A DNA stretch of 64,000 bases from Squalus acanthias. Taxonomy: Eukaryota. The stretch covers positions 101,496,001-101,560,000 of the forward strand of contig CM059431.1 of NCBI GenBank assembly GCA_030390025.1, in the 5' to 3' direction. Each line of letters starts with the position of its first letter. Positions within the stretch are counted from its first letter, which is position 1. The translations under genes and the position numbers were made by a program. The notes beneath the pieces were generated by a model. The model made no database searches. It saw only the letters and a program-made list of their open reading frames with translations, and was not told where the DNA came from. This document shows positions 36,886 through 48,620 of the stretch, one piece after another.

Positions 36886-38170
36886 TGTCAGTCAGTGGCT
36901 CAGTGGGCAGCACGCGCGCCTTTGAGTCAGAAGGTCGGTGGGTTCCAGTCCCACTCCAGAGACTTGAGCACAAAAATCTCGGCTGACACTCGAGTGCAGT
37001 GCTAAGGGAGCGCCGCACTGTCGGAGGGGCAGTACTGAGGGAGCGCTGCACTGTCGGAGGGGCAGTACTGAGGGAGCGCCGCACTATCGGAGGGGCAGTA
37101 CTGAGGGAGGGCCCGCACTGTCGGAGGTGCCGTCTTCGGATGAGACAATGGACATGAAATTGCGGTCGGAGGCGTCCCGCGGGCAAATGCCTCCGATCCG
37201 CAAGAAACGTACGCACCTACCTGGTGCCTCCATATCTTCGGACTATTACAGTCCTGGGCCTGGGGGCGTGGGCCTGCGTAAAGGCCCATGGATCCCAGGG
37301 GCGCAGGCGGTTCGCAAGCGTCCCTGGGGTCACGTGGGCTGGCCCAACCAATCGCAAAGGGGGATTCCCATTATGCTTACAGAGATTCCATTTACGTACG
37401 GAATCCCCATAAGCAGAACAGGAATCACTCAAAAAAACACACTTTCACACAAACTAAATAAAAATAAATCACCACATGTTTATAATTAATTAAAAAACAA
37501 TTTAATTAAACATTTAAAACAAAAATGTAATTTTTTGAAAAATAAATTTGAACATTTTGAAAGGGCCCAAAAATAACCTAAATTAATTTTAAAGGTTTTT
37601 GAATGTTTAAATGATCTTTTTAAAATTAATTTAATATTTAAACCCTTACGCTGGTAAAGGAAGGCCCTAATACTGCTTTTACCAGGCGTAAGGGTTTGGT
37701 GGGTATTCGTTGGGCAAATAGCCCCGACTCCCCGCCAGCGAACGTCCATTTCCAGCGGATTCGTACGATCTGTCGAGCTGAAACTTGTAAGATCGCAAGT
37801 TCCGGGTTTCGTGCATGCGCAGCGCACGCGGAGACCCAGAACTTGCGGTATAGGCCTCGCAAAATCCGGGTCGTTAAACCACTCTTTCGTGGTCTAAAAG
37901 ATCCCACGGCACTATTTCGAAGAAGAGCAGGGGGAGTTCTCCCCGGTGTTCTGGCCAATATTTATCCCTCATCCAACATCACTAAATATCAGATTATCTG
38001 GTCATTATCACATTGCTGTTTGTGGGATCTTGCTGTGCGCAAATTGGCTGCCGCGTTTCCTACATTACAACAGTGACTACACTTCAGAAGTACTTCACTG
38101 GCTGTAAAGCGCTTTGGGACATCCGGTGGTCGTGAAAGGCGCGATAGAAATGCAAGTCGTTCTTTTTTTT
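36886..38170 (+). mobile_element. Deu-domain SINE with 4 internal units, interrupted by a MITE-like insert at ~37148-37871
   Basis: The pieces join at gatgagac / gttaaacc. Confidence 0.85.
37148..37871. mobile_element. Unclassified non-coding (MITE-like) element
   Basis: Interrupts a SINE cleanly; GC-rich ends and an AT-rich core; second copy at 63498-64000; weak terminal inverted similarity. Confidence 0.55.
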
Positions 38171-38711
38171 TAATGATTTTTCTCCCGGGGTGTTGCTCCC
38201 AGCAGTGTGTCCTGGAGATTAATCTTCAATTCCTGGAGGCTCCAGGGAATTCCTGGAGGCTCCAGGGCAATCCTGGAGGGTTGGCGACCCTCCTGGGCCC
38301 TATCTGGGCCAGCTGACAGGAAGGTGGTGGGCCGAGTTGACTTTATCCACATTGCTTTTCCATTGACTGCTGACTGCGGTTTGGGTTAGATTCAGTGAAT
38401 GGACATCCTGTTGTCGAAGGCTATTGTTGCCTCTGATGCTGTACGGCCCCGGTCATTAACACTGCATTGTTGTTGTCGTCAATAGCACTTGTGCGATCTG
38501 AGTCAAGCCCGTGGTATAAAGGGACCATTTGCAGCCTGTTAACAATTGTTCCGGTCATGGTCACACTGAAAGCTCAACAGTCCATCCGTGTCTCCGCAGT
38601 GTTGTCATGGAGGAGGGAGTGGGCAGACCCCATTCATTTCAGTAACCTTGAGGTGCATTTATACTGTGGAACTGCAGCTGATGGCAAATTATTATTTCCC
38701 CCTCCGTCTGG

Positions 38712-39260
38712 TACATTCCGACGCTCTCCTGGCCGGCCTCCATTCACCCACCCTTCGGAAACTTGGGCTCGTCCAAAACTCTGCTGCCCCCTGTCCTAAC
38801 TCACTCCGAGTCCCATTCACCTGTGCTCGCTGACCTATGTTGGCTCCCGGTCTGGCAACACCTCGATTTTAAAATTCTCATCCTTGTATTCAAATCCCTC
38901 CATGGCCTCGCCCTCCTCCCTATCTCTGTAACCTCCTCCAGCCCCTCAACCCTCCGAGATCTCTGCACTCCTCCAATTCTGGCCTCTTGCGCATCCCCGA
39001 TTTTCATCGCTCCACCATTGGTGGCCGTGCCTTCTGTTGCCTGGGCCCTAAGCTCTGGAATTCCCTCCCGAAACCTCTCCACCTCTCTCTCCTCCTTTAA
39101 GACGCTCCTTAAAACCTACCTCTTTGAGCAAGCTTTTGCTCCCCTGCCCTAATGTCTCATGATGTGGCTCGGCCTCAATTTTTGACTGATTACGCTCCTG
39201 TGAAGCGCCTTGGGACGTTTTACTACGTTAAAGGCTCTATGTAAATGCAAGTTGTTGTTG
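38712..39260 (+). mobile_element. L2 3' fragment
   Basis: LADLCWLPVWQHLDFKILILVFKSLHGLA, then the tail. Confidence 0.85.
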
Positions 39261-39334
39261 TGGTATAGTTATAAATATAAACTGCCTGACGTGCCTCCTG
39301 GCAGCAGAGAGACACTTTTTTTTTAATTATCAAG

Positions 39335-39820
39335 ACTGAAAATGCTGGAAACACTCAGCAGGTCAGGCAGCATCTTTGGAGAGAGAAACAGAGTTCACGT
39401 TTCAGGTCGATGACCTTTCACAGAATCCCCACAGTGCAGATAGAGGCCATTTCGGCCCATCGAGCCTGCACCTATCCCCGTAACCCCACGTATTTAATCC
39501 CCCTAACACTAAGGGTCAATTTATCATAGCCAAATCAACCTAACCCGCACATCTTTGGACTGTGGGAGGAAACCGGAGCACCCAGAGGAAACCCACGCAG
39601 ACACTGGGAGAATGTGTAAACTCCACACAGACAGTCACCCGAGGCCGGATTCGAACCCGGGTCCCTGGCGCTGTGAGGCAACAGTGCTAACCACTATGCC
39701 ACCGTGTTGCCCTTTCATCAGAACTGGAAAAAGTTAGAGATGTAACAGGTTTTAAGCAAGTACGGAGGGGAGGAAAGAACAAAAAGGGACGGCCTGTGAT
39801 AGGATGGAAGACAGGAGAGA
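39335..39820 (-). mobile_element. PLE terminal fragment (family 1) with its hammerhead core split by an HE1 SINE
   Basis: gaaaatgctggaaacactcagcaggtcagg...gacctttca | cctttcatcagaactgg. Confidence 0.75.
39421..39712 (-). mobile_element. HE1-type V-SINE (elasmobranch)
   Basis: Minus strand: gggcaacacggtggcatagtggttagcactg...gggttcgaatcc, V-domain gtgtctgcgtgggtttcctctgggtgctccggtttcctcccacagtccaaag, and a CR1-like tail. Confidence 0.85.
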
Positions 39821-40034
39821 CTAAATCATGGAATGATTACAGCAGAGAAGGAGGCCATTCGGCCTGTTGAGCCCGTGCCGGCTCTCTGCAAGAGCACTTC
39901 AGCTAGTCCCAATCCCCCGCCCTTTCCCTGTAGCCCTGTGATTTTTTTTTTTCCTTCAGGTACTTGTCCAACTCCCTTTTGAAAGCCACGACCTCCCGAG
40001 AATGAATAATTAATAAAAATTATCTGGACTGATC

Positions 40035-40506
40035 TACGAGGATGTTGCCAGGACTGGAGAATTTTAGCTATAAGGAAAGATTGGATAGGCTGGGGTTGTT
40101 TTCTTTGGAACAGAGGAGGCTGAGGGGGGACTTAATTGAGGTGTATAAAATTATGAGGAGCCTAGATAGAGTGGATAGGAAGGACCTATTTCCCTTAGCA
40201 GAGAGGTCAATAACCAGGGGCATAGATTTAAAGTAATTGGTAGAAGGATTAGAGGGGAGTTGAGGAGAAATGTTTTCACCCAGAGGGTGGTGGGGGTCTG
40301 GAACTCACTGCCTGAAAGGGTGGTCGAGGCAGAAACCCTCATCACATTTAAAAAGTACTTGGATATGCTCTTGAAGTGCCGTAACCTACAGGGCTACGGA
40401 CCAAGAGCTGGAAAGTGGGATTAGGCTGGAGAGCTCTTTGTCGGCCGGCACAGACACGATGGGCCGAATGGCCTCCTTCTGTGCCATAAACTTCTATGAT
40501 TCTATG
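40035..40506 (+). mobile_element. CR1 3' fragment (a further CR1 tail lies on minus at ~39826-39990)
   Basis: MLPGLENFSYKERLDRLGLFSLEQRRLRGDLIEVYKI. Confidence 0.85.
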
Positions 40507-40814
40507 GACTGTTACTCATTTGCAAAGCACAATGATAAAATGCACACTTAAAACCCAATAGCAATCGAAAACCTTGCACTTGTGTGCTTAAATGTGAAAC
40601 TGTGAGCTCGTTTGTTGTGCATTAAACAATAGTGTGATAAAGGCCAATTGTTTTCCGTGTGCAGTTCCGATGGAATTAGTCTTGCTGTTAGAGAGCAGTT
40701 GCTAGGTTACAGTTACTGCTACCAGTGCCCATTTCATCGGTGGGGAAACAGCAACCTCTAAAGTTACCACAGACAAAGTCTGTGTTTCATTATTAATTTA
40801 TTAAAACACCAAAA

Positions 40815-43090
40815 TGCATCTGTCCATGACAGCATTGGTAGCAGTGACCACCGCACAGTTATTGTGGAGACGAAGTCCTGTCTTCACACTGAGGACACCC
40901 TCCATCGTGTTGTGTGGCACTACCACCGTGCTAAATGGGATAGATTCAGAACAGATCTAGCAGCTCAAAACTGGGCATCCATGAGGCGCTGTGGGCCATC
41001 AGCAGCAGCAGAATTGTATTCCACCGCAATCTGTAACCTCATGGCCCGGCATATCCCTCTCTCTACCATTACCACCAAGCCAGGGGACCAACCCTGGTTC
41101 AATAAGGTGTGTAGAAGAGCATGCCAGGAGCAGCACCAGGTGTACCTAAAAATGAGGTGCCAACCTGGGGAAGCTGCAACACAGGACTACATGCATGCTA
41201 GAAAGTGGAAGCAGCATGCTATAGACAGGGCTAAGCGATCCCACAATCAATGGATCAGATCAAAGCTCTGCAGTCCTGCCACATCCAGTCATGAATGGTG
41301 GTGGACCATTAAACAACTAATGGGAGGAGGAGGCTCCATGAATATCCCCATCCTCAATGATGGTGGAGCCAGCATGTGAGTGCATAAGACAAGGCTGAAG
41401 CGTTTGCAACCATCTTCAGCCAGAAGTGCCGAGTAGATGATCCATATCGGCCTCCTCCTGAGGTCCCAACCATCACAGAAGCCAGTCTTCAGCCAATTCG
41501 ATTCACTCCACGTAATATCAAGAAACGGCTGAGCGCACTGGATACAGCAAATGCTATGCGCCCCAACAACATCCCGGCTATCGTGCTGAAGACTTGTGCT
41601 CCAGAACTAGCCGCGCCTCTAGCCAAGCTGTTCCAGTACAGCTACAACACAGACATCGATCTGACAATGTGGAAAACTGCCCAGGTGTGTCCTGTCCACA
41701 AAAGCAGGACAAATCCAATCCGGCCAATTACTGCCCCATCAGTCTACTCTCACTCATCAGCAAAGTGATGGAAGGTGTCGTCAACAGTGCTATCAAGCGG
41801 CACTTACTGACCAATAACCTGCTCACTGATGCCCAGTTTGGGTTCCGCCAAGACCACTCTGCTCCCGACCTCATTACAGCCTTGGTCCAAACATGGACAA
41901 AGGAGCTGAATTCCAGAGGTGAGGTGAGAGTGACTGCCCTTGACATTAAGGCATTTGACCGAGTGTGGCATCAAGGAGCCCTAGTAAAAATGAAGTCAAT
42001 GGGAATCGGGGGAAAACGCTCCACTGGCTGGAGTCATACCTAGCACAAAGGAAGATGGTTGTGGTGGTTGGAGGTCAATCATCACAGCCCCAGGACATCG
42101 CGGCAGGAGTGCCTCAGGGCAGTGTCCTAGGCCCAACCATCTTCAGCTGCTTCATCAATGACCTTCCCTCCAACATAAGGTCAGAAATGGGGATGTTCGC
42201 CGATGACTGCACAGTGTTCAGTGCCATTCGTAACTCCTCAGATAATGAAGCAGTCCAAGCCCGCATGCAACAAGACTTGAACGACATTCAGGCTTGGGCT
42301 GGTAAGTGGCAGGTAACATTCACGCCACACAAGTGCCAGGCAATGACTATCTCCAACAAGCGAGAGTCTAACCACCGCCCCTTGACATTCAATGGCATTA
42401 CCATCGCCGAATCCCCCACCATCAACATCCTGGGGGTCACCATTGACCAGAAACTTAACTGGACCAGCCACATAAATACTGTGGCAACAAGAGCAGGTCA
42501 GAGGTTGGGTATTCTGCGGCGAGTGTCTCACCTCCTGACTCCCCAAAGCCTTTCCACCATCTACAAGGCACAAGTCAGGAGTGTGATGGAATACTCTCCA
42601 CTTGCCTGGATGAGTGCAGCTGCAACAACACTCAAGAAGCTCGACACCATCCAGGACAAAGCAGCCCGCTTGATTGGCACCCCATCTATCACCTTAAACA
42701 TTCACTCCCTCCACCACCGGCGTATCATGGCTGCAGTGTGTACCATCTACAAGATGCACTGCAGCAACTCGGCAGCACCTCCCAAACCCGCAACCTTTTC
42801 CACCTAGAAGGACAAGGGCAGCAGGTGCATGTGAACACCATCACCTGCAAGTTCCCCTTCAAGTCACACACCATCTTGACTTGGAAGTATATCGGCCGTT
42901 CCTTCATCGTCGCTGGGCTAAAATCCTGGAACTCCCTCCCTAGCAGCACTGTGGGAGTACCTTCACCACACGGACTGCAGCGGTTCAAGAAGGCGGCTCA
43001 CCACCACCTTCTCAAGGGCAATTGGGGATGGCAATAAATGCTGGCCTTGCCAGCGACGCCCACATCCCATAAATGAATTAAAAAAAAACA
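40815..43090 (+). mobile_element. CR1-superfamily LINE distinct from the other CR1 copies: endonuclease C-terminus and RT, with frameshifts
   Basis: GSSDH...QPWFN...NYCPISLLSLISK..QFGFR..LDIKAFDRVWH..GVPQGSVLGP..FADD; A-rich tail. Confidence 0.9.
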
Positions 43091-43256
43091 AAAGTATTCC
43101 CAGAGCCACGCAGAAACGACAGAGTGTAAAGCCAGTTAGGCAAATCTGAAAATCTTCCCATCTTGCTGTCATTTTGTTTAAATTGTTAATGTTGTGGCAA
43201 TTAAACAACAAGATATATTTTTCATGTTGTGAGCGAAGACTGCCAGTTTAAATTAA

Positions 43257-43920
43257 AAAGACTTGCATTTCTATAGCGCTTTTCATGACCACCGGACGTC
43301 CCAAAGTGCTTTACAGCCAAGGAAGTACCTTTTTGAAGTGGAGTCACTGTTGTAATGTGGGAAACTCGGCAGCCAATTTGTGCACAGCGAGCTCCCACAA
43401 ACAGCAATGTGATAATGACCAGATAATCTGTTTTACTGATGTTGGCTGAGGGATAAATATTGGCCCAGGACACCGGGGAGAACTCCCCTGCTCTTCTTCG
43501 AAATAGTGCCATGAGATCTTTTACGTCCACCTGAGATAGCAGACGGAGCCTCGGTTTAACGTCTCATCTGAAAGACGGCACTTCCGACAGTGCAGCACTC
43601 CCTCAGTACTGCCCCTCCAACAGTGTGGTGCTCCCTCAGTACTGCCCCTCCGACAGTGCAGCACTCCCTCAGTACTGCCCCTCCGACAGTGTGGTGCTCC
43701 CTCAGTACTGCCCCTCCGACAGTGCAGCACTCCCTCAGTACTGCCCCTCCGACAGTGCAGCACTCCCTCAGTACTGCCCCTCCGACAGTGCGGCGCTCCC
43801 TCAGTACTGCCCTGGGAGTGTCAGCCTAGATTTTTGTGCTCAAGTCTCTGGAGTGGGACTTTAACCCACAACCTTCTGACTCAGAGGTGAGAGTGCTGCC
43901 CACTGAGACACAGCTGACAC
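43257..43920 (-). mobile_element. Deu-domain SINE, full length, 7 internal 33-bp units
   Basis: Array at ~43582-43810. Confidence 0.9.
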
Positions 43921-44399
43921 CAGATACTACTTTGGAGATTGTGTTTTCGTTTCCTTGAGTGAATAAATACTGTATTAATTTCTGAAACTAAAATGAATCC
44001 GGCAGGAATTTCAGCGCATTCGTCAGCAGTTAATATAAGTCTGTACCTGTGCCTGATGCCAATTTGAAGATCAGGTTTCACAGGTTTCGATAAGTCTGGA
44101 GTCATAATACTCTTCTGCGCCTGGATACTTGTTTACTTGACTTGTCGCTGAATAATTAACCATTTTTATGAATCGAAGGTCTTTGGAGATATCATAAATG
44201 TCAGTGAGAGAATTTTGAGCAAAGATATTTATTGCAGCATAAGTACGATGTTAATGCATCGGTGCTCTTGTGCTAAAAAGACACTGCACAATAGCAACTG
44301 TATCTGTCGCTCAACAACAACTTGCGTTTATATAGCGCCTTAAATGTACTAAACGTCCCAAATAACCATGAACAGAGGTTTCTTGTATTAAGATGCTGG

Positions 44400-45015
44400 G
44401 CTTTATAAATAGAGCCATAGAGTACAAGAGCAAGGAAATGATGCTAAACCTTTATAAATCACTGGTTAGGCCCCCAGCTGGAGTATTGGGTCCAATTCTG
44501 GGCACCGCACTTTAGGAAGGATGTCAAGGCCTTGGAGAGGGTGCAGAGGAGATTTACTAGAATGGTTCCAGGAATGAGGAACTTCAGTTACGTGGAGAGA
44601 CTGGAGAAGCTGAGATTGTTCTCCTCAGAGCAGAGAAGGTTAAGGGGAGATTTAATAGAGGTGTTAAAAATTATGAAATGTTTTGATAGAGTAAATAAGG
44701 AGAAACTGTTTCCAGCGGCAGGAGGGTCGGTAACCAGAGGACATAGTAATTGGCAAAAGAACCGGAGGTGGAGATGAGTGTTTTTTTTTTATACGCAGCG
44801 AGTTGTTGTGATCTGGAACGCGCTGCCTGAAAGGGCGGTGGAAGCAGATTCAATAGTAACTTTCTGAAGGGAATTGGATAAATACTTAAAAAGAAAAAAA
44901 ATTCACAGGGCTATGGGGAAAGAGCAGGGGGAGCGGGACTAATTGGAGAGCTCTTTCAAAGAGCCGGCACAGGCACGATGGGCCGAATGGCCTCCTCCTG
45001 TGCTGTATCATTCTA
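44400..45015 (+). mobile_element. CR1 3' fragment
   Basis: LERVQRRFTRMVPGMRNFSYVERLEKL. Confidence 0.85.
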
Positions 45016-45396
45016 CGCTGAGATGCTTGTGCAAATTACCAGTAAGTGAAATCCGAGATATTTTTCCTCCTCCTCTTCCTGCTCCCAAGAAAACAATAGC
45101 ATCCTGTTTGCGAATGTTGACTCAGTTTGTGGTGGGAATGCAGGAAATAAATGTAGACTGATGCTTTGTTGGATTTATTTTAATTGTGTTGGTAAGAAGA
45201 ATTTTATGGAAGAATTTTGTAATAGGGTGTGATCTTGATGTTGGAAAGAAAATAAATATATATTTAAGGTTTATAACATGACTGATAACCAAGAGGATTA
45301 TCTATATCTAGATTTGGTGGTGAATTACCTGTTTCTATGTTTCTATGACATTGCCCACAGCTGATGGCTTTTTAAACATCTTTAAGATGGAGTGAT

Positions 45397-45712
45397 ACAA
45401 CCCTCCGAGATCTCTGCGCTCCTCCAATTCTGGCCTCTTGCGCATCCCTGATTTTAATCTCTCCACCATTGGGGGCCGTGCCTTCAGCCTCCTGGGCCCT
45501 AAGCTCTGGAATTACCTCTCCACCTCTCTACCTCTCTCCCCTCCTCCTTTTAAGATGCTCCTTAAAACCTACCTCTTTGATCAGGCTTTTGGTCACCTGT
45601 CCTAATATCTCCTTATGTGGCTCGTTGTCGAATTGTGTTCGCTGACGCCCTGTGAAGCGCCTTGGGACGTTTTACTAGGTTAAAGGTGCTCTATAAATGC
45701 AAGTTGTTGTTA
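45397..45712 (+). mobile_element. L2 3' fragment
   Basis: caaccctccgagatctctgcgctcctccaattctggcc, then the tail. Confidence 0.85.
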
Positions 45713-46546
45713 AACACCTCAAAAGCTTTCGGCATTCGTTCAGCAGTGCCACCTACTGGCCAGAGCCTCCAACTACAGTGTTACAAGCAACTGTTTACAT
45801 GCAAGACCTTGATTCTAAATGTTTCAATGTTAAAGGTTGACCAAAAATCACAACAGCAGGAGCCGAACTGCAAGTTCGGACGTAGACAAAACGTTTAATA
45901 AATTACATATAATTATCTTGTGGCTGCTCGCACTTCTGAACGACAAAACCTTGCTTCCTGTGGTCGTGTTTCTTGAGCCACGAGTCTGTGAGCTCAATTT
46001 GGATTGTTGAGCCTGGGCATGTGCAGGGTGTCTAATTTCCCACCATGCATCGGTCCGCTGTGCTGGTGGAACATTTTTCTTAAGCTTCGAGCACTTTCTG
46101 GTCAAAAGTCTTTTCAAAATCATTTGAAGGAAAACTAGAGGGAAAAACTTCAAAATGTCCATTTCAGGTAGTATATTGACATTTCTTCAAATACAGAAGC
46201 TAGAGTCTAGAAGTTGGACGGTGCAGCCACCATTGGATGGGTGCAAGAGGAGTGCCTAAGCCTCCAATATGGTGGGCATGAAGTGCCTGCTCATTAGGAG
46301 CCGGAAGTGCGCTGCCCACCATGTTGGTGTGGGCAGGAAAATAGGCGCCCAGGGCTCACACCTAAAACTTTGCAGATTCAAAAAGGGGCCTAAAGCCGGT
46401 TTTTGGGCCTGCTCGAATTTCAAGGCCTATGTTTCTTCAAAACAGGTGTGTGTGTCAGAGAGAGAGAGAGATTGGGGGGTGGGGGGGAAACAAGACAAAT
46501 TACTGCTTAACTACCTGTAGTAGCCTTTGTTTCGTGTTCTAAAAAC

Positions 46547-47758
46547 GAGGTGTTCAAAATCACGAATGGTTTTGATAGAGTGGATAGGGAGAAACTGTTT
46601 CCAGTGGCAGGAGTGTCGGTAACCAGAGGACACAGATTCAATGCAAAAGAACCAGAGGCGACATGAGGAAACGTTTTTACGCAGCGAGTTGTTGTGATCC
46701 GGAACACGCTGCCTGAAAGGGCGGTGGAAGCAGATTCAATAGTAACTTTCAAAAGGGAATTGGATAAATACTTGAAGGGAGAAAATTTGCAGGGCTCCGG
46801 GGAAAGAGTAGGGGGGAGTGGGACTAATTGGAGAGCTCTTTCAAAGAGCCGGCACAGGCGCGATGGGCTGAATGGCCTCCTGTGTGTATCATTCTGTGAT
46901 TCATAAGCTCATCCCTCTTTAGCTCTGTAATCTCCTCCAGCCGTGCAACCTTCCTGCCCCCCAACTCTCCGTTCCCCTGACTCTGGCCTCTTGCGCATCC
47001 CTCTCTGCCTTCGCCCCACCATTACCGACCCTTGAGCCCTAAGCTCTGGAATTCCCTTCTTAAACCTCTGCCCCTCTCTCCTCCCTCTCCTTTTAAGACG
47101 CTCCTTAAAACCCACATCCTTAACGAACCTTTTGTTCACCCCCTCTGAATCTCTCCTTTGACTTGACTTACTGCAATTATATAGGGCCCTGGTGAGACCA
47201 CATCTGGAGTACTGTGTACAGTTTTGGACTCCTTACCTAAGGAAGGATATACTTGCCATTGAGGGAGTGCAACGAAGGTTCACCAGACTGATTCCTGGGA
47301 TGGGTGGATTGTCCCATGAGGAGAGATTGAGTAGACTAGGCCTGTATTCTCTAGAATTTAGAAGAATGAGAGGTGATCTCATTGAAACATACAAAATTCT
47401 TGCAGGGCTTGACAGGGTAGATGCAGGGAGGATGTTTCCCCTGGCTGGGGGTCTAGAACCAGGGGTCACAGTCTCAGAATAAGGGGTCGGCCATTTAGGA
47501 CTGAGATGAGGAGAAATTTCTTCACTCGGAGGGTGGTGAATCTTTGGAATTCTCTACCCCAGAGGGCTGTGGAGGCTCAGTCGTTGAGTATATTCAAGAC
47601 AGAGATCGATAGATTTTTGAATATTAAGGGAATCAAGGGAAATGGGGATAGTGCAGGAAAGTGGAGATGAGGTAGAAGATCAGCCATGATTTTATTGAAT
47701 GGTGGAGCAGGCTCGAGGGGCTGAATGGCCGACTCCTGCTCCTATTTCTTATGTTCTT
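46547..47758 (+). mobile_element. Adjacent CR1 (46547-46903), L2 (~46915-47160) and CR1 (47166-47758) fragments
   Basis: NTLPERAVEADS; an L2 3' segment; [15 protein letters not shown]. Confidence 0.8.
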
Positions 47759-47768
47759 CTGTTGGCAT

Positions 47769-47909
47769 CAACGTTCCCATTAAGCCGTGCGGCCACGTAA
47801 TGTTCAGGAGGTCCCGCGCAGCTGGCTCACCGGCTCATGAATAGTAAAAACGCGCATGCGCGGAAATTTGAATGGGCCACGCACCCAAAAAAAATGAGAG
47901 GGAACATTG
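47769..47909. mobile_element. Short hAT-like MITE
   Basis: TIRs caacgttccc / gggaacattg; 8-bp flanks gttggcat / cttggcgt; inverted relative at 56212-56373. Confidence 0.65.
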
Positions 47910-48050
47910 CTTGGCGTCCATGTTTTGATTGCACCTCTGCGAAGAGCCTTGTGACGTTTCTCTACATTAAAGACGCTATATAAATGCAAGAAATTGTTGT
48001 AAAACAGTTTCACTTGTATTTTCCTACATTCCAACACTTCAAAAGTACTT

Positions 48051-48620
48051 AAGCAAAATACTGCAGATGCTGGAAATCTGAAATAAAAACAGAAAATGTT
48101 GGAAATACTCAGCAGGTCAGGCAGCATCTGTGGAGCGAGGAACAGTTAATGTTTTTGGTCAGTGAAGCTCAAAGTAAGCTCGAGGAACAGCACCTCCTCT
48201 TTCGATTGGGCACTTTACAACCTTCTGGACTCAATACTGAGTTCAACAATTTCAGACCATAATCACTACTCCCATTTTTGCAGACGGCAGCTGTTGTTGA
48301 TTCTGCCATTGCCATTTACACCTCCTCTAGACCCATCTTTTGTTTCTTTACTTGTCCCATTACCATCTCCTTTTTCCTCGCACCATCATCCCTTTTGTCA
48401 ATTAATCTCTCCTGCCTTCCACCCTATCACAGACCTTCCCTTTTGTTCTTTCCTCCCCTCCCCCCTCTCCCAGCCCCTACACTTGCTTAAAAACCTGTTC
48501 CAGCTCCAGCTTTTTCCAGTTCTGACGAAGGGTCATCGAACTGAAACGTTAACTCTGTTTCTCTCTCCACAGATGCTGCCTGACCTGCTGAGTATTTCCA
48601 GCATTTTCTGTTTTTATTTT
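48051..48620 (+). mobile_element. Penelope-like element 3' end (GIY-YIG C-terminus and pLTR) with an inverted terminal copy
   Basis: 48161-48262 reads SEAQSKLEEQHLLFRLGTLQPSGLNTEFNNFRP*. ~48078-48150 is an inverted copy of the right end. Flanks aaaagtactt (48041-48050) and aaaagtgctt (48621-48630). Confidence 0.85.
48516..48557 (+). ncRNA. Minimal hammerhead ribozyme motif (family 1), one stem II mismatch
   Basis: ccagtt-CTGACGA-a-gggtc atc gaact-GAAACGTT-aactctg. Confidence 0.65.

Larger units (their letters stand above)
36265..38291 (+). mobile_element. hAT (Blackjack-like) element carrying nested CR1, SINE and MITE insertions
   Basis: Pieces at 36265-36294, 36710-36880 and 38172-38291 (ending ggttggcgaccct) match 24621-25597. 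Confidence 0.6.

Noticed and set aside
5361..43090. RT ORFs as retron, group II intron or DGR components
   Set aside because: The motifs (GVPQGSVLGP, FADD, APE remnants), 5' truncation and repeat tails identify them as non-LTR retrotransposons.
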